Below, one piece after another: positions 49,405-59,386 of a stretch of DNA of 64,000 bases (position 1 is its first letter; every line of letters begins with the position of its first letter). A program made the position numbers and the translations under genes. The stretch is from an uncultured virus (IMG/VR IMGVR_UViG_3300030294_000020). Its lineage: Duplodnaviria; Heunggongvirae; Uroviricota; Caudoviricetes. Location: the IMG/VR virus record IMGVR_UViG_3300030294_000020; one strand, 5' to 3'. The notes beneath the pieces are model-generated. The model worked only from the letters and a program-made list of their open reading frames with translations. It did no database searches and was not told where the DNA came from.

Positions 49405-51965
49405 TTATATTAGAGTACCTTCTACTATTGGATAAATACAGTGTAATAATGGTGCTCTCATATTTTTATCTTGGTATTTCTTAGACCAATCAGTCATTAG
49501 AATTTTAAGTGCATCTTCTTCATTATAACTTATAACACTAATATATTTAGTAGAATAATAATCGATGTCTGCACAAAATTGATATATTTGTAACTTTGGT
49601 TTAACCGCTTTTACTTTTCGTATTTTATTTTCTACCCTTAAAGCATAGTGACTATAGCAAGGGTTCTCTCTTTTTGTAAGTTTATCTCGATCTTTAATGA
49701 TTACAAACTCACATTCTAAGGGTTTTATTACTATATTTGCTCTATAATTAAATCTAAGTATGTCAATAACTGTTCCTCGTTTTCCAAAATTTCTACTCTG
49801 CTTAGATGATACCACAACAATATCACCTATTCTAAGATCTCTAACTTCTTCTTTATTCATAATTATTTGCTCCTTTCAAAAGCATATTTTTAAAAAGTTG
49901 TTGTTTTAATAGGATTTTCTCCTGAATAGTCAAATGATTCAGTTAATATCCAAGGATTCTCTAAGCTTTCTTTAAGTTCTTTAAGTTCTTTATGCTCTTT
50001 AATTAATAAGAAAGTTAAAGATACTATAGCGATGCTTAAAATAGTAATAGAGGCATTTTTAATTTTATCTTTATTTATTTTCATTGTTATTTGCTCCTTT
50101 CAAAAGCATAATTTACCAGTTAAATCTTTTATCTCTTGGTGCATTAAGCCATACTGTTAGTTCTTTAGTTCTCATTTCACTTAATAATTTCTTAAAAAAT
50201 CTACATTCAGGTCTAGGATGATTGTCATATGTCAGTAGCATAATTGTATCACATAGTAAATTAGATTCAAAGAAATGCTCTTTATTAGTCTCTACATGCT
50301 CTTCTGTTTTATTTTCCATAATATTTGTTCCTTCCTAATTATCTGCATAAGCCATAGCCATTTTTTTACAATCATCTAATGTCTTAGCTTTAAATCCAAC
50401 AGGTATCCCGTACTTAGCTTTTATCTTATAGCATTTTTTCATGACTGTACCAATACCAAAACTATGTAATCGCCCATCAGCTCTCCAGCCGTGCCAAGTT
50501 TGGTTCTCTTCGCAAAAACCTATACAATATTCATTCTCTGTAAGTTTTATACTTCCTGGTTTAATACCTCTGTTAGTAATATTGTTGTTGTTCATAATAC
50601 TTGCTCCTTTCAAAAGCATATTATATATAGAGACAAATAAAAGGTAAGTCTCGCAACTACTTTCATATAGATAATTGGATTTTCACCAACTTCCTAAATA
50701 TCATCATGTGATATCCTATGGAACCTTAAGGTTGTCTATATTTACCTTTCATTATAATACATGTTATTTACGCGAGATTATACTACTTATCAACTTTAAA
50801 TGATAAAGCATGATGGGTAAATCCATATAGATATACTCCAGTATACAAGACTGGTGTGGCTATACCAACCATAAACTCACAATTATAAGGTTCTAAATAT
50901 ATATCACCTATACCTGAAGTTGTTACTCCTATAGCTATAGTTATAGCTCTAACTATACCAATTTTACCATAGTTTTTATTCCTTGGACCAGATACTTCAA
51001 CTATATCTCCAATTTTCAAAGTTTTAACTTCAACCTTATCCATAATTATTTGCTCCTTTCAAAAGCATAATTTATTCTAGACTTTTACCATACTCATTTA
51101 CTGATCCATCTTCATTGTGTGTCATGTAATAGAACTCTTTATCATCATACATATCGATAGTATCTGGCACTTCTCCTGTATATGGTGTTGGTTTAGTGAT
51201 AACTATTTCTCGTACAAATAAACCTACATATAATCCAATTATTAGTAATCCTCCAAGTGCAAGTGCTTTTTTGATTTTAGTCTTTTTATTCATTATTAAT
51301 TTCTCCTTTCAAAATATATCATCCTCGTCTAATATAGAAATGCCATTAAATTGTATACCTGATGCCTTTTCATTAAGATCCTTTATGAATCTTTTAAGGG
51401 TCACAAGTTCTTTAGGTGTATAATTATTTGCAGGCCACGTAATTGGTTTATTACCTAACATGGGGGTCATATAAAATTCTTTTATTGGTTCATCTATTGA
51501 TGGTATTAATTGAAATGTTTGATGTGCAAATGCATAAAATCCATGTTTATTTTTACGTCGAGTTTTAGGATTATAAAATGTAAACTCACCATCTAAAGGT
51601 TGTAAATATACATTAGACTCACCCCACATATCTCTTAGTATTTCTGTAACCATTCCTCTTTTTCCTTGATTACCACCATGAGTTGTTATAACAACAATAT
51701 TACCTACTTTAAGATTTTTAAGTTCTTTTTGATTCATATTTAACTTTCTCCTTTCAATTCGTGATTATTTATTTTCTAAATCATATATAAATTTTAAATG
51801 TCTCCAACTATACCTTCTAATTTTATCAGGGTCAATGGTTACAACAACTTTACCAGCGACAAATCCCCGAACTACTGCACAGCAACCTTTGTCTTTGGAA
51901 TTAGCATTTCCTTCAATAAGCACAACATCTTTTATTTTTAAATTACTGTATTCTTCTGGAGTCAT
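49405..51965 (-). other. Gene run including four KOW/SH3-like paralogs (49405-49860, 50783-51043, 51309-51737, 51765-51965) and small TM proteins
   Basis: Shared LKIGDIVxV..GKxGxV motif; TTGAAAGGAG RBSs. Confidence 0.6.
50632..50751 (-). ncRNA. Structured non-coding cassette RNA (~115 nt, multibranch)
   Basis: Promoter 50748-50774; AAAGGTAA/TTACCTTT closing stem; ATATCA/TGATAT and GTTGG-TGAAAAT-CCAAT hairpins. Confidence 0.6.
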
Positions 51966-52009
51966 ATTAATTTCTCCTTTCAAGAAAAATTTAATACTTT
52001 GATATATGA

Positions 52010-52088
52010 GACAAATAATGAAAGAGTTGTAATATAGATTGACTCTATACTGCACCGTGTCCTTAGACACTACAACTTCTTTCATTAT
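52010..52088 (-). ncRNA. Structured non-coding cassette RNA (three-way junction)
   Basis: Promoter 52081-52107; ~17-bp closing stem; GTGTC-TAAG-GACAC and TATAGA-GTCAA-TCTATA hairpins. Confidence 0.65.
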
Positions 52089-52540
52089 ACAGCGTGTTTT
52101 CTACGCGAGAAAGAAAAAGCCTAAGCTTCCTTAATAACCTCTTCTTTGGCGTAATAAACACCATTGATAAAATCTTTCTTGACGTTTGATTCTCATAATT
52201 TTCATTTTTTCTTGTACCTTTATTTCTACCATTATTGATATTGCTACCAATATAGATATTCCAAATAGTACAATTTCTAAATTTCTAATCATAATAATTC
52301 CTCCTCAAAATATAATTTCTTTCATTATAGAGTAAGTTTTATACGCGAATCAATCACCTGTGTAGTTCCACAAATGTCCGTAGAAGTCCCTAGCAGACTC
52401 ATACATTTCTTTTGTCACTATTTTGTCCTTAAAACTACAACTCCATAAACTGCATTTACTACCATAACAAGATTCTATTGGATATATGTGAGATAGTTCA
52501 ATAGTACTCCTTTCAAGAAAAATTTAATAGAGAGAAAAAA

Positions 52541-52613
52541 GAAATGTGTATGATCTGAACATACGTACTAAGTATTTCTACCCTTGCTCTCCCCAATCTG
52601 AGCTAATCATTTC
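52541..52613 (-). ncRNA. tRNA-like RNA lacking an anticodon loop
   Basis: D arm TAGCTCAGATTGGGGAGAGCA, T arm GTATG-TTCAGAT-CATAC, acceptor GAAATG/CATTTC, GGGTA-GAAA-TACTT in place of anticodon arm; own promoter 52615-52641. Confidence 0.7.
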
Positions 52614-52649
52614 TTTCATTATACAGTGTGTAATACACGCGAGAGACAA

Positions 52650-52790
52650 AAGGAAAGCGTTAAGCCTTCTTATTAGTTTTAGATATAGATAACTATTCTA
52701 ACCCCCAATTTTAATAGTGACTTAATCTATCTTTACTTTTTTCTTCTCACTATTATATTATTTAGTTTCGTCTTTTAAACTCCTTCTAAA
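52650..52790 (-). pseudogene. Decayed cassette
   Basis: RBS GGAG followed by ACG instead of ATG and an early TAA; degenerate terminator. Confidence 0.4.
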
Positions 52791-52847
52791 ATATAATTTA
52801 TTCTTTCATTATAAGATAAGTTATTCACGCGAGATAAAAAGAAAGCA

Positions 52848-53006
52848 CTAAGCTTCCTTATCAATTGTAGATTTGTTTTTTAATGCATTAGCATCTAATA
52901 CTAACATATTAACCATAACTAAACCTACTATCAATATAGCAGTTAATTTCTTTCTTCTTTGTTTTTGTTCATATTTTCTTACAACTTCGTTAAATGTTGT
53001 TTTCAT
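52848..53006 (-). CDS. 52-aa single-TM cassette protein
   Basis: Hand-translated MKTTFNEVV..IDKEA; stop in terminator. Confidence 0.7.
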   Translation of the reverse strand: MKTTFNEVVRKYEQKQRRKKLTAILIVGLVMVNMLVLDANALKNKSTIDKEA

Positions 53007-53078
53007 TTTAACTCCACCTTTCAAAATATAATTCTTTCATTATAGAGTATGTTATTTTTACGAGACAAAGAAAGAAGC

Positions 53079-53279
53079 CTAAGCTTCCTCCTCTTTTGAA
53101 TTTTCTTCTTCAGGTTTCTTTTTCATTAATTTCTTGTGAACTCCAATCGCAAGTTTCTTTCCTCCAGACATTATTTTATTTCCAGTAGCAACTATGCCTA
53201 TAAGCATTAATGTTGTTGCCAGAATTGTATATTTAATATCTGTTGGTTCTTCTTTTACTATTGTTTCGTTCTCTTCCAT
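53079..53279 (-). CDS. Small TM cassette protein
   Basis: Ends KEEEA in terminator repeat; start reset to RBS-preceded ATG. Confidence 0.7.
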   Translation of the reverse strand: MEENETIVKEEPTDIKYTILATTLMLIGIVATGNKIMSGGKKLAIGVHKKLMKKKPEEENSKEEEA

Positions 53280-53350
53280 AATAAACATCTCCTAAATTTT
53301 TATTCTTTCATTATAGTGCATGTTTTTTACGCGAGAAAGAAAAACGAAGT

Positions 53351-53542
53351 TTATTTAACTTCATCATCTTCTTCAATTACTTCAATTTTGTTATTTATTG
53401 CATATTTTAATATCTCTAAATTTTCATATATTTGTTCTATTTCTAATAGTTCCTGTTTACGTGCCTTTCTATAAATTACTTCATTGCACCCTAATTTAAC
53501 AACTATTAAAACTTCAATTCCTATAATTATATTCATCGTCAT
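53351..53542 (-). CDS. Small cassette protein
   Basis: Between promoter 53577 and degenerate terminator. Confidence 0.6.
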   Translation of the reverse strand: MTMNIIIGIEVLIVVKLGCNEVIYRKARKQELLEIEQIYENLEILKYAINNKIEVIEEDDEVK

Positions 53543-54072
53543 TTTAATATTAATAATAACATCCCCTTAAAGTTATTTCATTAAAGAGTATGTTTTTTAT
53601 ACGATAGACAAAGAAAAAGCCTAAGCTTTATCTCTTTTTCAAAGTATCAAATATTGTACAAGTCTTCTTATCAAATTTATGTGTACCTTCATTCTTTATT
53701 CTTAGTTCCATAATATCAAATTTCCTCAATATGATAATTGTAATAAGTAACATTCCTATCAATAACATTAACATTAATAATCTCCTCCTTCAATTTTAAC
53801 CTTCATTATAGACAGTGTTTTCTACGCGAAATATAGAAAGAAAAAGCCTAAGCTAATTCTTTTAAGAAATATCATAATTTATTAACCCACTTATTCATTT
53901 GTTTATTTCTTCTTGATAATGATATTTCACCATCTACTGCTAATAGCAGAAATAGTATAAATGTCAATCCAAATATAATAAATATTAAATTCATAATTAA
54001 TAATCCCTTCTTTCTTCATTAAAGGCAGTGTTTTTAATGCGTACTAAGAATTTTATAAGACAAAGAAAAAGC

Positions 54073-54276
54073 CTAAGCTTTCTCTATTGAAATTCTACCA
54101 AGTTCTATTGTTAAAACAGTTATTTCTCTTTCAATATTAACCTTTTCCATCTCCTGATCATTTAACTGTGTGCAATACATATCAATCATTTTTTTAATTT
54201 CCTTTATTTTATCGCACGTAGTCTTAAGTTCTATCGAGTTAAGTTTTAATTCTATAAATATTTTTGTTTCGTCCAT
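54073..54276 (-). CDS. Coiled-coil cassette protein
   Basis: Ends IEKA in terminator repeat. Confidence 0.7.
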   Translation of the reverse strand: MDETKIFIELKLNSIELKTTCDKIKEIKKMIDMYCTQLNDQEMEKVNIEREITVLTIELGRISIEKA

Positions 54277-54357
54277 AATAATCACTCCTCTAAATTTCTT
54301 TCATTATAGGGAATGTTTTTTACGCGTACTAAGAATTTTATAAGACAAAGAAAAAGC

Positions 54358-54534
54358 CTAAGCTTTAACTCTTGATTTAATTTTATTTCTATGTCGTTTA
54401 ATATGTTCAATCCCATTAGCGATCTTATAATAACATTTCTCTGTAGTCTTAACAACTGCCCCAACTAATATTGGCGTAACTGCTAAAGCCACTAATCCTG
54501 TTAATGTATTATCTTTAATTTCTTTTCTATCCAT
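54358..54534 (-). CDS. 58-aa TM cassette protein
   Basis: Hand-translated MDRKEIKDNTLTGLVALAV..RVKA. Confidence 0.7.
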   Translation of the reverse strand: MDRKEIKDNTLTGLVALAVTPILVGAVVKTTEKCYYKIANGIEHIKRHRNKIKSRVKA

Positions 54535-54606
54535 AATAAATTCCTCCTAAAAATATATTTATTTCATTATAGGGAGTGTTTTTTACGCGAGAGACAAAGA
54601 GAAAGC

Positions 54607-54870
54607 CTAAGCCTTCTTCCTTTTTAAATAATTTTTGAATCTCTGTAAATCATCCTTGTCTAATAGATTAAATACTACTACAGCCCAACTTCCATCTTTA
54701 TTTTTGGTACATATACTCCCATATTCTTTACTACAAAACATCAAACCTATCTTACATTCCTTCTCTATGAATTTATCGCTAAGCCCTTTGTTTACTCGTG
54801 TTGAATGGTCATATCTTATCATCTCTTCTGTGTATCGTGCATTGTAATCTTTTTTAATCCTATATAACAT
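54607..54870 (-). CDS. Cassette protein, paralog of 55203-55460
   Basis: Shared KDY..TxExIR..EKECKIGLxF..EY. Confidence 0.75.
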   Translation of the reverse strand: MLYRIKKDYNARYTEEMIRYDHSTRVNKGLSDKFIEKECKIGLMFCSKEYGSICTKNKDGSWAVVVFNLLDKDDLQRFKNYLKRKKA

Positions 54871-55202
54871 AATAATTCCCTCTTTCAAATTTATTTCATT
54901 ATATAGAGTGTTTTACACGCGTAGCACCATTTTGAATTATTAGTGACAAAAGAAAAAGCCTAAGCTTTAACTTATCCAAATATTATTTTTAGCTAAGTAT
55001 TTACGTAATTTAAACATTTCTAATTGTGCTTTTCTAATCCTATGATTCCTTATAATTCTCCCAATTATAAAACTTACTATCATAGATAACACTATCAATA
55101 ACATTATCATTAATAATCACTCCTTCAAAATTCTTCTATTATATAGAGTGTTTTTTACGCGTACTAAGAATCTTAGAAGTCCTTAAGAGTCAAAGAAAAA
55201 GC

Positions 55203-55460
55203 CTAAGCTTCTTCCTTTAAAATCTTTTCTAAACTCTCCATATCATTCTTATCATCAATTTCGAATATCAGTTTATCTCTACTGGTGTCTTCATTTTTAA
55301 TAATCAATACAACATACTCATCATTCGCGAACTCTAAACCAATCTTACATTCTTTCTCGTAATATTTGTTTTCTTTTCGTTCGTTTAAACGATTATATTG
55401 TTCTCTTATATCTTCATCTGTCCAACCAATATCATAATCTTTAATTCCTCTTTTAACCAT
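55203..55460 (-). CDS. Cassette protein, paralog of 54607-54870
   Basis: As above; ends KEEA. Confidence 0.75.
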   Translation of the reverse strand: MVKRGIKDYDIGWTDEDIREQYNRLNERKENKYYEKECKIGLEFANDEYVVLIIKNEDTSRDKLIFEIDDKNDMESLEKILKEEA

Positions 55461-55534
55461 AATAACTCCTTCTTTCAAGTTTTTTATTTCATTATAGGAG
55501 ATGTTTCATACGCGATAAAGACAAAAGGAAAAGC

Positions 55535-55708
55535 CTAAGCTTTCCACTTTCCATTTAAAATAAGTGCTAATTTATTATTTGAAATAGCTAACTTTCGAAC
55601 TGCTTTTCGTCCACCAATGGCATATACAAATATACTTACCATACACCTAAGTATACAATAAGTCCTATCTGCAATTTCCTTCACTGCATTTACAACAATT
55701 TTGTTCAT
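55535..55708 (-). CDS. Small cassette protein
   Basis: GGAGG RBS before MNKIVV; ends WKA in terminator. Confidence 0.65.
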   Translation of the reverse strand: MNKIVVNAVKEIADRTYCILRCMVSIFVYAIGGRKAVRKLAISNNKLALILNGKWKA

Positions 55709-55765
55709 ATTTATTCCTCCTAAATTAAATTTATTTCTATTATAGTATAAGTTTCTTATGCGAAA

Positions 55766-55975
55766 GACAAAAATTAAAAGCTGTGTTTTGGTGACGACCC
55801 ATCGAAAATCGTCCATTAAGCTAATATCTATAGCCACCTGTAGGTAAGGGAAATGCCCCTACGCCTTCGTGTCTTACATAACACATTCTTTTAATTAAGG
55901 TATCTCATTATACCACTCCTTTTACAGAGGGAGATAGTGCTCTCGCCTATCCGATTAAATTGCTTCTTACCTTCA
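55766..55975 (-). ncRNA. ~210-nt highly structured non-coding cassette RNA
   Basis: Promoter 55972-55998; GC-richer than surroundings; at least seven hairpins; TTTTTGTC tail. Confidence 0.65.
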
Positions 55976-56027
55976 TTATATGATATGTATTCTACGCGTA
56001 AGACAAAGAGAAAGCCTAAGCTTTAAC

Positions 56028-56282
56028 TTACTCAAATGACTCGACTATTTGCCAAGTATCATCCGGTTGTTGTTGTAACTTAATATTTGCTCCCGCTTTA
56101 AATTCCAAATCTGGAAATCTATTCTTAAACTCTTCTTCACTAATTTCCATTGAACAAGTTTCATCTTCTAGCTTTTTACCATAGTGAACCAATGCCGCTG
56201 TTGCAACAACTGCTCCTCCTATAGCTACTGCTAAATAACTTAAACCCTTCTTCAAATTCTTTTTATTAAATATCTTTTTCAT
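56028..56282 (-). CDS. Single-TM cassette protein
   Basis: Basic N-terminus plus hydrophobic helix; GGAGG RBS. Confidence 0.7.
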   Translation of the reverse strand: MKKIFNKKNLKKGLSYLAVAIGGAVVATAALVHYGKKLEDETCSMEISEEEFKNRFPDLEFKAGANIKLQQQPDDTWQIVESFE

Positions 56283-56380
56283 AATAAAACCTCCTAATAA
56301 TTTTTCTTTCATTATAGTGGATGTTATTTACGCGTACTACCATTTTGAATTATTAGAGAGAAAAAAGAAAAGACTTAGAT

Positions 56381-56614
56381 CTATGCGATCTTTATCTTTA
56401 CTTCTGTTCCTAATTTAATAGCTAGATTTACGTCATGTAATAAAGCTTCTCTTCTATAACTTCTGCACTCAAATGTTATTCTAATACTTTTGTCTTTTTT
56501 ACTTTCTATTGATACATAATCCATTGGATATATACCTTCGAAAATACTACAAACCTTAAAATAATCCTTTTCAGTTACATCGATTATAACAAATCTTCTT
56601 AATAATTTTTTCAT
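56381..56614 (-). CDS. Cassette protein
   Basis: GGAG RBS before MKKLL. Confidence 0.65.
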   Translation of the reverse strand: MKKLLRRFVIIDVTEKDYFKVCSIFEGIYPMDYVSIESKKDKSIRITFECRSYRREALLHDVNLAIKLGTEVKIKIA

Positions 56615-56870
56615 AATATCACTCCTATTTTTAATTAGTTCTTTCATTATAGAGAGTGTTTCATACGCGATAAAGACAAAAGGAAAAGCCTATGCTTTCA
56701 TCCTTTCAAAAATCTTATTTCTTAATTAAAAATGCTACTAATAATACCACTAACCATAACCCTCCTGTAATGAATGTCATGAATACGTGAAATAATAATT
56801 TCATACTAATCTCCTCCTTTAAATTTCTTCTATTATAATGCATGTTTTTTACGCGAGACAAAAAGAAAGC

Positions 56871-57011
56871 CTAAGCTTCCTTCTTTTTTTGAATACTCTC
56901 ATTATATCCTTTCTTGAAACCTCCTACAAAACCTTTCCAATAACTATATACATAACTTGTAAGTGGTACCCCCACTACAACAATTGCAAACTTTGTTAAT
57001 TTTTTGTTCAT
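56871..57011 (-). CDS. 46-aa TM cassette protein
   Basis: Hand-translated MNKKLTKFAIVVVG..KKKEA. Confidence 0.65.
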   Translation of the reverse strand: MNKKLTKFAIVVVGVPLTSYVYSYWKGFVGGFKKGYNESIQKKKEA

Positions 57012-57110
57012 AATAATCTCTCCTCTTTTTTAATGATTTCTTTCATTATAAGGTATGTTTTATACGCGTACTTAGAACCTTAGAAGTCTTGATAAGACAA
57101 AAGAAAAAGC

Positions 57111-57278
57111 CTAAGCTTCTTCCTCTCCTTTGTTTGAAATCTCTTCAACTTTTGTGGATTCTACTTTCTTCATCCAATTCTGTAACCATACCTGGCTTCC
57201 AACCATACTTCCGATTATACCTCCAACCATGCTTATAGCATATCCGCCAACTAATATAATTACTGTTTGTTTCCTCAT
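57111..57278 (-). CDS. 55-aa TM cassette protein
   Basis: Hand-translated MRKQTVIILVGG..GEEEA. Confidence 0.7.
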   Translation of the reverse strand: MRKQTVIILVGGYAISMVGGIIGSMVGSQVWLQNWMKKVESTKVEEISNKGEEEA

Positions 57279-57350
57279 AGTAACATCCTCCTAAATTTCT
57301 TTATTTCATTATAGAGCATGTTCTATATGCGAGGAGACAAAAGAAAAAGC

Positions 57351-57584
57351 CTAAGCTTCTTCCTCTTTAATAATCTTCTTTCGATAGTTTTTTACTTTAT
57401 ACTCAAAGCATTCTATATTTGTATTTGTGCTTGCATATTGTTCCATTAGTAATGCAATTAAGGCTTTAGAATCCTTGTCCAAAACTTCTTGTTTTTGAAT
57501 AATTTCTATTTCCTTCATTGTAAAATCTAAATGGGCATTTAATAAGTCCAAATTTTCTTCATATATTTTCATTAAGTTTTTCAT
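57351..57584 (-). CDS. Coiled-coil cassette protein
   Basis: Ends IIKEEEA. Confidence 0.7.
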   Translation of the reverse strand: MKNLMKIYEENLDLLNAHLDFTMKEIEIIQKQEVLDKDSKALIALLMEQYASTNTNIECFEYKVKNYRKKIIKEEEA

Positions 57585-57655
57585 AATAAAACCCTCTTCC
57601 AAATTTATTTCTATTATAGAGTATGTTTTATACGCGTAAGAGACAAAGAAAAAGC

Positions 57656-57979
57656 CTAAGCTTCTTCAGATTTTTCTGTAATAAGACCATCACTTAACGA
57701 TATACAAGAATATTCGTCTGTATTGACTCCTTCCTTAAATATTGCATATGACTCCGAATTATTTGCATTCAAATCTATTATCTCTTTAACTCTTTCTAAA
57801 TTCATAAATTTATCTTCAGGTGTCCAACTGATTACATCTTTTCCTGCATAGGGATTAACAACCTCTTCTTTATCCGTTTTAGTATATATAACTGCACCTA
57901 TAATGGCAACACCTACAATACATCCAACGGATATAAGTTTGTTTTTATTCTCTTTGCAAAATGTTTTAATATCTTTCAT
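57656..57979 (-). CDS. Single-TM cassette protein (related to 46029-46361)
   Basis: MKDIKTFCKENKNKLISVGCIVG; ends SEEA. Confidence 0.7.
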   Translation of the reverse strand: MKDIKTFCKENKNKLISVGCIVGVAIIGAVIYTKTDKEEVVNPYAGKDVISWTPEDKFMNLERVKEIIDLNANNSESYAIFKEGVNTDEYSCISLSDGLITEKSEEA

Positions 57980-58066
57980 ATCAACATCTCCTAATAATTT
58001 ATTTCTATTATAGAGTATGTTTCTAACGCGACTACCATTTTGAATCTTTTAAGACAAAGAAAAAGC

Positions 58067-58327
58067 CTAAGCTTCTTCTTTAAATTTCTTTATGTTATCA
58101 TTTAGTCGGTCTATCCATTTGTCTATTTGGATAAGTTCCTTATTAATATCATGATAATCAATATTTAACAAATCTATATAATCCATCCAAATCAGTTTAT
58201 AATAATCTTCATTTATACTATGCTCATTTAGCTCTTTTATAATCCATTTTTGTCGTTCTTGTCTATCAATCTTATACTGTTTAAGATAACTTAATTCCTC
58301 ATAATCCTTTTCTATCCATTCATCCAT
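58067..58327 (-). CDS. Coiled-coil cassette protein
   Basis: Ends KEEA. Confidence 0.7.
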   Translation of the reverse strand: MDEWIEKDYEELSYLKQYKIDRQERQKWIIKELNEHSINEDYYKLIWMDYIDLLNIDYHDINKELIQIDKWIDRLNDNIKKFKEEA

Positions 58328-58389
58328 AATAACCCTTCTTTCATTAAAGGATATGTTTTTAACGCGTACTTAGAAGACAAAGAAAAAGC

Positions 58390-58593
58390 CTAAGCTTTCT
58401 CATTAGATTTATCCTTAAGTATCATATAACTTTTCATTCCTATTGTCAATATAGCCCAATTAAGTGCAAGCAATGCAAGTACTGGTATTAAAAATCTATT
58501 ACTCTTTTCCTCAAGTGATGATCCTTTATACGCTTCTACTCCTATGTATATGCCCATAACTATGTATATTGCTAAAATTAGTGAATTTGTCAT
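58390..58593 (-). CDS. Two-TM cassette protein
   Basis: Two hydrophobic helices; ends NEKA. Confidence 0.7.
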   Translation of the reverse strand: MTNSLILAIYIVMGIYIGVEAYKGSSLEEKSNRFLIPVLALLALNWAILTIGMKSYMILKDKSNEKA

Positions 58594-58633
58594 TTATAAC
58601 ATCTCCTTAAAATTTCTTCTATTATAGGATGTG

Positions 58634-59386
58634 TTATTCCTGCGTACTTAGAAGTTTTGATTTAATCTTTTCATATTCTTTATTTGCTAATTCTTCTCTT
58701 CTTTTATTTTCTGAAATTCTTTCTTGCAAGGTGCTTATTACTACCTGGGCTTGCCACATTGTTGATTCTAAACTCTCTTCTCTTAACTCTTTACTCTTAC
58801 TAAATCTATGTCGTGCTTCTGCCATCATAGCACTAAGACTATTGCATACTTTATTTATCTTGTCATCAGTAAGTTCTACAGTTTCAATTGAATATTCTTT
58901 TTTCTTATCTAAAGTTACTTGCATAAGTTTAATGGAACCTTCTGTTGCTCCTTTGTTCTTAGAAGTCTCTACAACCTCTCTAGGAATAACATTATTAAAA
59001 CCATCATAGTAAGTAACTTCTTCACCCTCGTCCTTAGAAGTCTTAGAAGTCTCCTCAACCTTAAAAATATGATCATTCAAGTCAGGACGTCTTTGCATCA
59101 TTGTTATAGCTGCAGCTGCATTCCACATTACTGCTGCTAAATGATCTTCGTCTGTCCAACCATTACCAGCCTTAAGAGAATGACGTATCATACGATTAAT
59201 ACAGTCCTTTACGCTCATCCCTTTTTCCCAGTTACGTTCAGGATATTTATTAGTAGCATCCTCGTACCATTTAGCTAATGCTTCGATTGCTTCATATGGT
59301 AATAAGTCAAATCTACCTCGTCCTTCATTTGATTCTCTATTAACACCAGTTTCTGTTGTCTCCATAACACCTTGTCCCTTTATCAT
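58634..59386 (-). CDS. dATP/dGTP diphosphohydrolase-like (DUF5664) protein with coiled-coil tail
   Basis: GRFDLLP..KYPERNWEKG..IRH..EDHLAAVMWNA. Confidence 0.7.
   Translation of the reverse strand: MIKGQGVMETTETGVNRESNEGRGRFDLLPYEAIEALAKWYEDATNKYPERNWEKGMSVKDCINRMIRHSLKAGNGWTDEDHLAAVMWNAAAAITMMQRRPDLNDHIFKVEETSKTSKDEGEEVTYYDGFNNVIPREVVETSKNKGATEGSIKLMQVTLDKKKEYSIETVELTDDKINKVCNSLSAMMAEARHRFSKSKELREESLESTMWQAQVVISTLQERISENKRREELANKEYEKIKSKLLSTQE

Noticed and set aside
52541..52613. Functional decoding tRNA
   Set aside because: No 7-nt anticodon loop can be drawn; acceptor stem bulged and T-loop position 58 is G
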